64,000 nt of DNA from Mustelus asterias (lineage: Eukaryota): positions 37,510,001 through 37,574,000 of the forward strand of contig NC_135803.1 of the NCBI RefSeq assembly GCF_964213995.1. The letters are read 5' to 3'. Both the position numbers and the translations under genes were made by a program. Position 1 is the stretch's first letter; each line of letters opens with the position of its first letter. Shown here piece after piece: positions 1 through 13,279 of the stretch. The notes beneath the pieces were generated by a model. The model saw only the letters and a program-made list of their open reading frames with translations. It was not told the origin of the DNA and ran no database searches.

Positions 1-329
1 CTGCTTGGTTTTTCTTCGGTACCGGGATGTTGGACAAGATTATTCTCTTTTTTAATTTGTTTTATTTGAATTGATAGTTTAATGGAAGTAATAATGAACC
101 TTATTGTGAAATTTCTATTTTAAAAATGGATCTTTGTAAGTAGTTTTTTGATCTGACAAATTAATAGCCAAAAATCCAGCCTACACCATGTTAATGAATT
201 ATTGGCCTCGAAGTTAACATCCATTTGTACCCAGAAGTGTCAACCAAATGTGTGGCTAAAGAGACATTGCAGAATTTTTTTATGTTTTGCACTAAGGTTT
301 CCTTGCCTGATGGAAGCATCCACCTCAGC

Positions 330-850
330 TATAAGAATATAAGAGCTAGGAGCAAGAGTAGGCAATTTAGAACCTCGAGCCTGTTCTGCCATTCAGTACA
401 GTCATGGTTGATCTCATCTTGTCCTCAACTCCACCTTCCTGCCTATTCTCCAGAACCCTTCAACCCATTACTAATTAAAAATCTGTCTATCTCCTCAGAT
501 TTACTCAATGTCCCAGCATCCACCGCATTCTAAGGTAGTCAATTTCACAGACTCGTGACTCTTTGAGAGAAGTAGTTTCTCCTCATGTCTGTTTTAAATC
601 TGCTACCCCTTTCCCTAAAATTATGATCTCTTGATTGCCCCACAAGAGGAAGCATCCACTCTACGGCGGGGGGGGGGGGGGGGGATTTTCCTGTCCTGCC
701 TGACAAGGGAATTGTAGCGAGCAGGGGGCGGATCATGCAAAGGTCCGTTGACCTCGGGTGAGATTTTCTGGTTTTGGGGTGAGCGTAGCCAGAAAATCTC
801 ACCCTACGTCTACTTTGTCAATAACTTTTTCATCGTACATACCTTATTAC
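330..850 (-). mobile_element. Degenerate CR1-type LINE 3' fragment, interrupted by a MITE
   Basis: Similar to the CR1 3'-end fragments at 6465, 44010 and 50710. Confidence 0.6.
665..804. mobile_element. Short MITE (PIF/Harbinger-like)
   Basis: Ends GG..GATTTTC / GAAAATC..CCC; TAC duplicated at 662-664 and 805-807. Confidence 0.55.
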
Positions 851-1204
851 TATGTCAGATCCCAACTGGTTCTCACCTCATTCCTCCTCGCTCATATAGG
901 TTTTCATCAAAGTAAGTGCTGACAGTTCCCTCATTTTCTCTTGGGAGGGGAGCTACTGTAAATTGCAATGCCCCAGTCAATTGTTGCATTGATTCTTGTA
1001 GTTCTAATATCGTTGGTGCTAAGCATTATAGCAAAGTTGGAGGCCACAAAAATATGTCATAAAGCTCTTTGGTGGAGGGGAATGTTGGAATCCAAGAAAG
1101 AATTGTGGTGCACACTGTGGCTTTCCACTGATCCCTCATCTGGGGCTGAATGTATCCAAGCTGATGAAAAGCCAGAGACTGTAGTCTCCAATTTTCTTTC
1201 TTTG

Positions 1205-1565
1205 TGCATGAGATGTGTTTTGTTGACAAGACCAGCATTTATTGCCCATCCCTTATTGTCCTTAGGAATGGTGATGAGATGCCTTCTTGAACTGTGTGCT
1301 GTCACTATACCCACAGTGCTGAAGGGAGTTCCAGGAATTTGACCAAGCAACAACATAGGAATGGCGATGTATAGTTCCAAGCTAGTATGGTGTGTGACTT
1401 GGAGGGTCACTTGCATTTGGTCGTAACTCCCACATGCTCATTGCCCTTGTCATTTTAGTTGGTTAAGGTTGTGGATTTGGAAAGTGCTACTGAAGGAGAC
1501 TTAGCAAAATGCACAGCATATCTCATACTGCCGCACCATTCGCTGGCAGTGGAAGGAATGAACGA
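1205..1565 (-). mobile_element. 3' end of second CR1/L2-group LINE family
   Basis: CAGCATTTATTGCCCATCCCT... matches 13290 and the reverse complement of 49800-49910. Confidence 0.6.
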
Positions 1566-1859
1566 GTAGGAGGCTGGCCCCACGAAGATTGCTCTCGCTG
1601 CTGGCAAGTGCGGGCTTGGTCCCAATGTCAGGGTGAATAAAACCTTCAGGAAAATCCAGCCCATTGACTGTTTCCTTCTCCACACGTGCTGCAGACCTCC
1701 CCACAGCTGTTTTATTACAGATTTCCAGCACCTCCAGTACTTTGCATTAAATTTGTTTTGTAAATTTGTTTTGATGGGGCTTTAAGAAATATTGAAAAAT
1801 AGGGAGAGCTAAAAGAAAACTTCCACGTTGTGTTTATATAACAATAAAAAATACCTCAG

Positions 1860-2167
<308 letters not shown>

Positions 2168-2420
2168 TGAGCGCCCCTGCGTGAGCTTTCCCCGGGTCCA
2201 TGAGGTTGGGATGAGACAGCTCACTCCCAACCTGGAAAGGAGCAGCCTCTCACCAGCATCCCTTACAATCTCCCAATGCTTTTTTAATGCGCAGTATCTA
2301 GTTTAACAATTCTCTCCCGTAACCAGCTCTTGTAGTATTGCACGTGTGTTTTCCTCTAGTTAAGTTTTGAAGTTGATTTGGTTAGTAAAACTGGAGGAGC
2401 GAATTAGAAGATGAAATTGT

Positions 2421-2713
2421 AAGTTTATTTATTAGTGTCATAAGTAGGCTTACATTAACACTGCAATGAAGTTACTGTGAAAACCCCCTCGTCACCACAC
2501 TCCAGCGCCTGTTCGGGCACACTGAGGAAGAATTTAGCATGGCCAATGCACCTAACCAGCACATCTTTCAGATTGTGGGAGGAAACCGGAGCACCTGGAG
2601 TAAACCCATGCAGATGTGGGGAGAACATACAGACTCAGCACAGTCACCCAAGCTGGGAATCGAACCTGGTCCCTGATGCTGTGAGGTAGCAGTGCTAACC
2701 ACTGTGCCGCCCC
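2421..2713 (-). mobile_element. tRNA-derived V-SINE/HE1-like SINE, tail type B
   Basis: tRNA-like A/B-box head, V-domain GGTTTCCTCCCACA, tail ...GACACTAATAAATAAACTT. Confidence 0.85.
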
Positions 2714-3038
2714 CCCAGAAAATAATGTCAGAAGTGGGAGGTAGTCCCAGCTGTCTTCTATCAAATCAGTATTCACTTATAAATCTTTCTTTAAGTCATC
2801 ATTTCCTCTTGCCTTCTATATTATACCTTTGTGATAAAACCTGGATTTTCATAAGTTTTTTTTTACAGCCATGCAAACCTTTTTGTGCAGTTTTAAATGC
2901 ATTTTGAACCCATACTTGTAAATCTCTTCTTCAGCGCTCAACCTAGATCTATTCTGAGTATAGTTACTTTTTTAACCAAAATCTATCACCTTACATCTAC
3001 TTGAATTCTGATTTTGTTTCCCTGATTTTAATGACTTC

Positions 3039-3110
3039 AGTAAGAAGTCTCACAACACCAGGTTAAAGTCCAACAGGTTTATTTGGTAGCACAAGCCACA
3101 AGCTTTCGGA
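3039..3110 (-). mobile_element. Penelope-like element 3' terminal stub
   Basis: AGTAAGAAGTCTCACAACACCAGGTTAAAGTCCAACAGG is shared with 14945, 29941 and 34210. Confidence 0.8.
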
Positions 3111-3214
3111 AGTCTTCACCAGAGATGGTTGTGCCTTCTGCCACCACCCCTGGCAGCGTGTTCTAGACACCTACCACTCTGTGTAAAAAAGAAAAACTTG
3201 CCCATTTTGAGCAA

Positions 3215-4804
3215 GACGTCAGTGAGACCATGCCCTCCACCCTGGAAGCTGTGGATGAACCTGAATCTGAGGTCACCATTGCAGATGTCAGAGCAGCTTT
3301 CTTGAAGGTCAGTCCACAGAAAGCAACTGGCCCGGATGGGGTACCCCCCGGACATGCACTCAGATCCTGCGCAGATCAGCTGGTGGAGGTATTCCCAGAC
3401 ATCTTCAACCTCTCTTCACAACAATTTGAGGTCCCTATCTGCTTCAAGAAGATGACCATCATCCCAGTAAGAAAAACCAAGCAACGTGCCTTAATGACTA
3501 TCGGCCAGTGGCTCTGACATCCATCATTATGAAGTGCTTCAAAAGGTTAATCATGGCACGAATCAATTCTAGCCTCCTGGACCACCTGGATCCACTACAG
3601 TTTGCCTACTGCCACAACAGGTCCACAGCAGACGTCATTTCCCTGGCCCTGCACTCAACCCTAGAACACCTAGGTAACAAGAACACCAATGTCAAACTCC
3701 TATTTATTGACTACAGCTCAGCCTTCAACATTATTATTCCCACTAAACTCATCTCCAAACTCCATGGCCTGGGCCTCGGCACCTCCCTATGCAACTGGAT
3801 CCTGAACTTCCTAACTCACAGACCACATTCAGTAAGGATAGGCAACTACACCACCTCCATGATCATCCTCAACACCGGGGCCTCACAAGGCTGTGTTCTT
3901 AGCCCCCTACTATACTCCTCGTACACCTACAACTGTGCGGCCAAATTCCCCTCCAATTCGATTTTCAAGTTTGCTGATGACACCACCGTAGTGGGTCGGA
4001 TCTCAAACAATGACGAGACTGAGTACAGGAATGAGATAGAAAATCTGGTGAACTAGTGTGGCAACAATAATCTTTCCCTCAATGTCAACAAAACAAAGGA
4101 GATTGTCATCGACTTAAGGAAGCGTAAAGGAGAACATGTTCCTGTCTACATCAACGGGGACGAAGTAGAAAGGGTCGAGAGCTTTAGGTTTTTAGGTGTC
4201 CAGATCACCAACAACCTGTCCTGGTCCCCCCATGCTGACACTATAGTTAAGAAAGCCCACCAACGCCTCTACTTTCTCAGAAGACTAAGGAAATTTGGCA
4301 TGTCAGCTACGACTCTCACCAACTTTTACAGATGCACCATAGAAAGCATTCTTTCTGGTTGTATCACAGCTTGGTATGGCTCCTGCTCTGCCCAAGACCA
4401 CAAGGAACTACAAAAGGTCATGAATGTAGCCCAATCCATCACGCAAACCAGCCTCCCATCCATTGACTCTGTCTACACTTCCTGTTGCCTCAGCAAAGCA
4501 GCCAGCAAATTAAGGAACACACGCACCCCGGACACTCTCTCTTCCACCTTCTTCCTTTGGGGGAAAAGATACAAAAGTCTGAGGTCACGTACCAACCGAC
4601 TCAAGAACAGCTTCTTCCCTGCTGCTGTCGGACTTTTGAACGGACTTACCTTGCATTAAATTTATCTTTCTCTGCACTCTAGCTATGACTGTAACACATT
4701 CTGCACTCTATCGTTTCTTTCTCTATGAAGGGTATGTTTTGTCTGTATAGCGTGCAAGAAACAATACTTTTCACTGTATGTTAATATATGTGACAAATCA
4801 AATC
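3215..4804 (+). mobile_element. Rex1/Babar-type non-LTR retrotransposon, 5'-truncated, disrupted RT
   Basis: RT motifs [34 protein letters not shown]; C-terminal RLKNSFFP; CAAAT-type tail. Confidence 0.9.
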
Positions 4805-4820
4805 CACTCACATCGCCTTT

Positions 4821-5073
4821 TAAGTTATTTATTAGTGTCACAAATAGGCTTACATTAACAGTGCAGTTAAGTCAGTGAAAATCCCCTAGACACCACACTC
4901 TGGCGCCTGTTTGGGTACATTGAGGGAGAATTTAGCATAGCCAATGCACCGAACCAGCACATCTTTCGGACTGTGGGAGGAAACCAGAGCACCCGGAGCA
5001 AACCCACGCAGGCATGAGAAGAGCATGCAGACTCCGCATAGTCAGTCACCCAAGCCAGGAATCGAACCTGGAT
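4821..5073 (-). mobile_element. SINE, tail type B
   Basis: Same family as 2421. Confidence 0.8.
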
Positions 5074-5077
5074 CAAA

Positions 5078-5298
5078 CTTTTCCCCCTCTCGCTTTAAGT
5101 CCGTACCCCCTAGTATTAGGCATTTCAATTCTTTTAAAAAGATTCTGATTGTCAACCCTATTTATGCCCCTCATAATTTTATAGACTTCTACCAGGTCTC
5201 TCCCCTCAGCCTCTGCCGCTCCAGAGAAAAACAACCCTAGTTTGTCCAGCCTCTCCTTGTAGCTCATGCCCTCTAATCCAGGCAGCTTCCTGGTAAAC
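5078..5298 (-). mobile_element. CR1 LINE ORF2 C-terminal fragment
   Basis: LPGLEGMSYKERLDKLGLF...TRGY on the minus strand. Confidence 0.8.
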
Positions 5299-6069
5299 CA
5301 GGATAGCAGATTAAGAACTGTCTCTTTGACCAAACATTTGAGCATCTTCCCTCATGTTTCCTTAGGTGGCTTGATGTCAAATTTTGCTAATTCTTCCTGT
5401 GGAGAACCTTGGAATGTTTTACTATTATGGTGCTATATAAATTCAAGTTTTTGTTGAATTCCACTTGCTTTTTGTTTGAGCTAATTCCGCAATTTATCAA
5501 CATTGCTTCATAACTTTCTTTGGTCTGTTAAGTAATTTATTATACCTCCTGCTTTTGATAACATCTGCAAATATTTACACTGTTCCCTCACTGTTCAATT
5601 CATTGATGCATACGGTGAAGATTAACATACTGTATTATGCCTTTCAGCTATGATGCAAAACTATTTGCCTCCCTCATTCCATACTCAATGTTTTTAGTAA
5701 TCTTCCATGTTTTTATCAATTATTTTCAAATATAAAATATCAAATATAAGTCTGTGCATAGTCCATCCATTTAATGATACCTCCCCCTTATCGTGTCTGT
5801 CGCTTCTCAAAGAATTCCATGAGGTATAATTACATGCAATCAAAATTCTCGAAACAAGTCATTTGGTTTAACTGGTCCATGTTGTTCTTCCATATGGGTT
5901 TCCTCCCTCTTTAATTGTAGTATTTTAAAATGTATTGATGGGAGAATACTCTTGCCTACTGTTGACAATTTTTAATTTAATTAATTTGGTTTGCTTTGAA
6001 TTATTTTGTGCTTTGTGCAGTAGAGTAATAAATAGCCAGTTTTTAACAAGGGAGAAAGGACACAGTGGC

Positions 6070-6380
6070 TGGGCGGCACGTGGCACAGTTGGCACTGCTG
6101 CCTCACAATGCCAGGTATCCTGAGTTAATTCTGGCCTCAGGTGGCTGGACTTTGCATGTTCTCCCTGTGTCTGCGTGGGCTTCCTCTGGGTGCTCCGATT
6201 TTCCTCCACACTCTAAAGATATGTGGGTTAGGTTGATTGACCATGCTAAATTACCCCTTGGTGTTAGGGAGATTAACAAGGTAAATACTTTGGGTTACGG
6301 GGATAGGGTCTGGATGGGATTGTTGTCGGTGCAGGCTTGATGGGCTGAATGGCTTCCTTCTGTAGGGATTTTATGCTTCT
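6070..6380 (+). mobile_element. HE1-like SINE, tail type A (CR1-derived)
   Basis: tRNA head, V-domain, GGGCTGAATGGC tail. Confidence 0.8.
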
Positions 6381-6464
6381 AATATACTATAGTGCAAATA
6401 AGTTTTAGCTGATAATAAATGTGCTATCTAATAAAGTTATTCCTATGAATATTTCTAAAATATG

Positions 6465-7057
6465 AACATATTAATTAGGAGCAGGAGTAGACCATTTGGC
6501 CCCATCCAGCCTACTCTGCCATTTAATAAGATCGTGACTGTTCTGATTGTGGGCTCAAATTCACATTCCCGCCTACCACCGATGCCCTTCGACTCCCTTG
6601 TCAGTTATGATTTTATCTACTTTGCCCTGAAAAATATTTAATGACCCTGCCTCCACTGCTGTCTGGAGAGGAGAGTTTGAAAGACTCAATCCTCTGAGAG
6701 AGAAAAAAATCTCCTCATCTCCATCTTAAATTAGCAACCCCTTATTTTTAAACTGTGTCCACTAGTTCTACTTTCTCCCACAAGTAGAAACATTCTTTCA
6801 GCATCCACCTTGTCAAGCCCTCTCAGGATCTCATACATTCAATAACATCAACTCTCATTCTTCTAAACTCCAATTGATATAAGCCCAGCTGTCCAACTGT
6901 TCCTCATAAGATAACCAACCCCCATCCCAGGTGTTAATCAAATGAATCTTCCTTGAATTATTTCAAATGCATTTATATCCTTTCTTAAATAAGGAGACGC
7001 AAACTGTACACAGTACAGCAGATGTGGTCTCAACAGTATCCTACACAACTGTAGCAA
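6465..7057 (-). mobile_element. Degenerate CR1 LINE 3' fragment
   Basis: Homologous to 44010-44760. Confidence 0.7.
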
Positions 7058-7171
7058 CTTGCGAATAATATTTGATTATCCATTAGATACCTGTGTGTTA
7101 GTGTTCGGTGGCAATTCTGGAATCCAGACAAAATGACTGATGACAATATTTAGACATGTTTGGGCAGGTAA

Positions 7172-7294
<123 letters not shown>

Positions 7295-8144
7295 TAACAC
7301 ATATTTCTGTAATTATTGTCGTTTAAACCTCAAGCTCAATTATAGATAAGCTGAGTCAATGCTACAATGGTATAGTTGAAATCTTTTTCAGTTTGACAGC
7401 CATCGTATGGAGAATGGCCAACATTCAGATATACTCCTGATTTTATCCTTTTTGCACATGCACACTTACACATGTTCACCAGGCTATCATTGTCATTGAA
7501 ATTTTTGATGTTGGTAAGGATTAAAAAGATGGTTTTATTTGCAGTTATAGCGAAGCCAAAATTATTTGAGACTGCATTGATGCTCATCCACAAAATGCTG
7601 AATTGATGTTCAATTTGGTAAAACCCAAAAGTATTAAATCATTTTTAATAATTAACTTCCTTGATTTTATGAATTCAGTTCAATGGCATAATTAGATTTG
7701 ATAATTAAGAGCAGTGTGCTGGAATGTAATGGAAATTTATAGTATGAAATGTTGCACTTGTAGAAATGATTATTTTCTCAGAAGTCAAAAGTATCCAGGG
7801 TAATAATATTATATGTAGAGATACTTTGTTTGGCAAGTAGTTTTAAAAAAAATATCATTTATAGTATCCTTCAGGTGTAATGTGACGGTTTGTACTTTTT
7901 TGTTTTACATACAGTGCTATATAGATTTGGAGTGGGTTTGAAGTGGACAGTGTCAATTAATTCATTGATTTAATTGTGCCACTCTTGGAAGGAGGTAGAA
8001 TAATTGTAGGCAAGGAAATTGTATTTTGAATTTATTCAAGTTTTGGATGGTGGTATCGACTAGACCAGGAAAAGTGTTGTGAAACCCAATATTTTTTTAA
8101 CCAAATTTTATTGAAAGTTTATTTTTCTTGCTGCGTTTCCTCAG

Positions 8145-8238
8145 GTGATAAGTTTCGTCTTGTGATAGCAAGTACTTTGTATGAAGATGGAACGCCGGAT
8201 GATGGAGAATATAACCCCACAGATGACCGACCATCAAG
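8145..8238 (+). CDS. POLR2H: RPB8 coding exon 3 ([31 protein letters not shown])
   Basis: Acceptor cctcAG, donor GTAGT. Confidence 0.97.
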
Positions 8239-8751
8239 GTAGTTATACAATCATAGAATCTTACAGTAGAGAAGGACAGTGCTCCACTATCTATGAGTGT
8301 GATGGAATACTTAGCCATTCATCTGAATGGGCACAGCCAGAATGTCACTTTATATGAATGTTTGATACCATCCAGGACTGCAATTCACTTGATCATTGCC
8401 ACTGGACGCAATATCTACTCCTCCATTACTAACCCCCTGTTGTTGCAGTGGGCACAATTTACAGGATTGCAGAAACTCACCAAGGTTAATTTCGCAGTAC
8501 CATCTACCAGTGTCATCTACCATGGAGAAGGATAATGTTGTAAGAACGTCACTGCTTGCAAACTCCCTCTTATGCTACACGCTTCTGACATGGATATATA
8601 TCGCTCTTCTGTCATTATCACTGAGCTAATAACATAGAATTCTCTACCTAGCCTCATTAGAATATTTTGCTGAGACAGTTCGTTACAAAACAGACACATT
8701 GTACTGATTTTGTATAAAGATCTTTTTTAGGCCTCATCTAGAATACTTCAA

Positions 8752-8895
8752 TACCTCGCACTAAGTTGATCTTTCTCTACACCCTAGCTATGACTGTAAC
8801 ACTACATTCTTCACTCTTTCCTTCTCTGTGAACGGTATACTTTGTATAGCATGCAAAAAACAATACATAATAATACATGTGACAGTAATAAATTA
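8752..8895 (+). mobile_element. Rex1-type 3' UTR fragment
   Basis: Matches 4648-4800 and 41843-41990. Confidence 0.75.
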
Positions 8896-9739
8896 ACTCA
8901 AATTAGTTATGGTTTCCTCAAGTTGCTGATGAAGGCCCAGAATGGATTCAGAAAACAACTCCTAGCTTCAGGTGTCTAGTTACCACAATAAAGAACTGGA
9001 TCTTTTTATTGCAGAGAACTCTCGAGTTTGAAGACATTTGAACTAATGAAAGAATTAGAATTGTGGATCGACTGTTCTATTCTGTATATTTAGCCATTGA
9101 AGGATGGAACTGGAGCGTAATCTTTATACTTCAGCTTTTATTTACAGAGACACACATCACAAACATACACCTCCTAACCCAAAAACCACAATTTCAGTCT
9201 GCTTCTATATATAGAAGCCCAAGTAAATCCTCAGTTATTGCCCACCACCTGAATACACTCTATTGCTACACAATTAACATTGGCATTTTGAGTTGGAAAT
9301 TGTTAGAGAAGATTTAGACAACGTGCTTGCAAGATATATAAGCAAATGCACCAGATTTTCTTTTCATTGAGGCTTGTCCACCTTTGGACCATGTTGCAGG
9401 TTATTGCATTGAATGCATTTTCTACAGGTATTCAGAAGTGAACAAGATGAGCTCCTAATTATCATGACAGTATATTGAAGTAGGTAGGGTATGCAGTGAG
9501 GCGTCGCTTGTTAACTGGAATTTGGCTGATTACTTTGGGATAGAGAGGAAGTTTCCAAATTTTGTTGTATTGCCTTTAGGTTTTCCTCGCGCAGGAGATT
9601 CTATGTTTGCTGGCAGGTGTGGCCTAATAAGATGGACAGACTTAATGAATCAGCTGGTCTTTTCCTATCTGTCATACTGATGCATCTAACCTATGTCGTT
9701 TTTAAACTGGGCTGATAAATACATTGTGGGGGGGAGGGG

Positions 9740-10793
9740 TGCGCATTCTGCGGGCTAGCTAGCTCCGATTGTGATCGCAATAGTTCAGAGAAACAGGTAT
9801 TGTGCTAGGCGCCAAAGCCAGTACGATGCTCTCGGCCCCATCTGTTGTCTGCAATTTGGTTCCTGGCCAGAGCAGGCAGGAACCCAATAAATATTCAATG
9901 GCCTCTTTACTAATTAGCGGGCTTGAAGGCCAATTCAGCGGCATCGTGCTATGCAGCTGCCACCCCCCATCTGGATTGGCACCGTGCGGGTTTCACTACA
10001 GGTCTTCAGAATCATGGACCTGGCATATTGGATCCCAAGGGTCCGGGGGCAACACCAACCCCTCAGCAATGAGGGGTATTTACACCCCCATATCATGCAG
10101 GCAGAGGGTAACCCCAACTCAGGCTCTCCTCCCCCCTCAGACTCTCAAACAGTTCTTGCTTCCTCTTTTACAAAGCAGAAATCACAGACCTAGCTTACAG
10201 TGAGGAAGACTGAAACTACTTCAAATGCATTCACAGCTCAGACTGTCATTGAAGGCTTTTTAAAATTGACCGATCAAAGCCTTTTCCTTCACTACATCCC
10301 AAAGGGGTGGGATGTCTGAGGGGGATGGGGAGCCTGAGTGGAAGTCTAAAGGTGAAGGGCACCTGGTTGGGGGGGGAGTGGGGTGGAGCCTCGTCTAAGT
10401 AGGGGGTGGGGTGGGTTTGTGTCGGGTCACCCTCATGCTTATGTGGTGTGTGGAAGGGGGCGGTTACTCATTATTTGTGGTGAGGGGGAGGAAAATGACC
10501 CCGGTTTGGGGAGGAGGGTGGACCCCCTTTTGGTGGGGGGTTGGTGCTGTTCCCCTGGTCACGGACGGCATAACTTCATTTTTTGCGGGGAAGGGGGGCT
10601 GGTAGATGATGGCAGAGAATAGGGCGAAATGGCAGCCCTGTCCCGGAACAGTGGGGCTGTCTGGTGGGTTTCCGCGATGCATAAATTAGTATGTGTCAGG
10701 TGGGAGAATGCTACCTGAACCTGATAGATGCTGCTAACTTTCCAGATTTTCCAGTGGAATGGGCAGTTAGTCTCAATTCGGGAGAATTGCGGC
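9740..10793 (+). mobile_element. About 1-kb non-autonomous TIR-bounded element, copy 1
   Basis: Colinear with 32425-33454 throughout; ends GCATTCT.. / ..GGGAGAATTGC. Confidence 0.7.
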
Positions 10794-11061
10794 TTATATC
10801 TATACTCAACAGGACCTGAAGGAAAAGTATTTTTATTTCCTGTTCCAGAACAGCTTGTCAGGTTATAATGTTCACTTTGCAAATTTCTGGAAAAAACATT
10901 TTCATGGCTTTATCGTGCATTGTGATGCTGGTAAGCTTTAAACAAACGTGATTGAGCAGGATTCTGTTTATAAGCTGGTCTTCAGAGGTGATTGTTACAT
11001 TAAGTATTAATTATGCACTTACATATTTTCCTTTTATGCTATATTTTATTTTATTTTTATA

Positions 11062-11404
11062 GGCGGCACGGTAGCACAGTGGTTAGCACTGCTGCTTCAC
11101 AGCTCCAGGGTTCCGGGTTCGATTCCCGGCTCGGGTCACTGTCTGTGTGGAGTTTGCACATTCTCCTCGTGTCTGCGTGGGTTTCCTCCGGGTGCTCCGG
11201 TTTCCTCCCACAGTCCAAAGATGTGCGGGTTAGGTTGATTGGCCATGCTAAAATTGCCCCTTAGTGTCCTGGGATGCGTAGGTTAGAGGGATTAGCGGGT
11301 AAAATATGTAGGGATGGGGGTAAGGCCTGGGTGGGATTGTGGTCGGTGCAGACTTGATGGGCCGAATGGCCTCTTTCTGTACTGTAGGGTTTCTATGATT
11401 TCTA
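11062..11404 (+). mobile_element. HE1-like SINE, tail A, full length and young
   Basis: GGCGGCACGGTAGCACAGTGGTTAGC head, GGTTCGATTCC B box, TTCTATGATTTCTA end. Confidence 0.9.
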
Positions 11405-11569
11405 GGTTGTAGAATTTACCCTATAGTGGCTGATTTTGAGATATCACATGCTACATAATTGCTCTGTTTAAGACTGGGCTTTGAAGGACGCTGGATCACT
11501 GTTTTTGTCTTCCATTATCCTATGCTCCATATTGCTTTTTATAAAGCTGCAGGCTTACTGAAAGGCAGG

Positions 11570-11885
11570 GGGCATGATGGTTAGCACTGCTGCCTCACAG
11601 CGCCAGGGACCCGGGTTCAGTTCCAGCCTCGGGTGACTATCTGCGTGGAGTTTGCACGTTCTCCCCGCGACTGTGTGGGTTTCCTCTGGGTGTTCCGGTT
11701 TCCTCTCACACTCCCAAGATGTGCAGGTTAGCTTGATTGGCCGTAGTAAATTGGCCCTTCATGTCAGAGAGATTAGCAGGGTAAATACTTGGGGTTACGG
11801 GGATAGCGCCTGAATGGGAGTGTTGTCAGTGCAGGCTCGATGGGCTGAATGGCCGCCTCCTGCACTGTAGGGATTCTATGATTCT
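11570..11885 (+). mobile_element. HE1-like SINE, tail A
   Basis: Same family as 11062. Confidence 0.85.
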
Positions 11886-12720
11886 TCAGGTGTTGAAAAG
11901 CTGAGCACTAAAACAATGTGGGGACTAGTTTTGAAAAAGATGAGCAAAGGACAGTTTTGATTGATGAACTGTTAATATGTAAAGTTTTTAACAATGGTAT
12001 TTTAGTTTAAATCATTCTCAGGGACACTTGATGATTTTGTAGGTTAATCTTGGATCTTATTCTGGAGTATGTTTCTGATGACTCAGTTATTATTTGAATT
12101 GCCCACTATTCTCTTGCTTATTTGTCCAAGCAAATCAATGCCAATCTTTTATTTTATGTACATGTTGTCCTTTTTTCTTTGCTACTTTCTTCCATTCTCT
12201 TCTTAAGGCTCAACTGAGGCTCATTGAAAATTCTGGTATCTTGTCTGATTGCTCATTGTTTATGTGTGAGCAATGATGGTGAACTTTGATACATGATTAG
12301 ACTATAAAGATTAACACAATCCATTTTTCACACATATGCATGTGCATTCTCTTATACTTCTACTTCAAACACAGGTACTGGATTTCCATCAAGAGCATGA
12401 TCTCTGACTAATTTTCACTTCCAAGATATGATTTGTAACAAAATGTGCCTTAGTTAGAATAGTTCAGATGACAATATCAAAGTACTTTTGATTTGGTTGC
12501 TCAGTATCTTATGTGAAAAGAATTTAAGCAGTCAGATATCAGAGTATAAAGACAAATGGAACACTTACTTTCTGTAGTGAAGAACTAATTATTGCTGAGT
12601 GCATTGAATGGGAATAGACTGGTAATGCGAACAGTTGCCCGTAGTATTTAGCCTGTAATCATCTGGATTCAAAAATGTAAGTTGTTCAGCTTCTATGAAT
12701 TTATTTTCTCACCTTACTAA

Positions 12721-12831
<111 letters not shown>

Positions 12832-12884
12832 TGAGTACAATTTGAATGACTGCATGATTAAAGTTAACTGAAATTGGTTATACA

Positions 12885-13171
12885 TTTATTAAAGTTTATT
12901 TATTAGTCACAAGTAACACATTACATTAACACTGCAAAGAAGTTACTGTGAAATTCCCCTAGTCGCCACAGTCCGGCACCTGTTCGGGTCAATGCACCTA
13001 ACCAGCACGTCTTTCAGAATGTGGAAGGAAACCGGAGCACCCGCAGGAAACCCACACGGATACAGGGAGAACGTGCAAATTCCACGCACACGGTGACCCA
13101 AGCCGGGAATCGAACCCGGGTCCTTGGCGCTGTGAAGCAGCAGTGCTAACCACTGTACTACCGTGCCGCCC
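12885..13171 (-). mobile_element. SINE, tail B
   Basis: Same family as 2421. Confidence 0.85.
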
Positions 13172-13279
13172 CAAAGAGTTAAAGTGTTATTAAAGAGTTG
13201 TATTATTTAAAATAGATGCTGCAAATGTTCATAGAGATAATTTGGTAACATCTTTGGGTGCATTGAGCACAGAAAATCC

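Noticed and set aside
11062-11140. tRNA gene
   Set aside because: The tRNA-like A/B boxes are a SINE head that continues into the V-domain and LINE tail; the same applies to all other copies.
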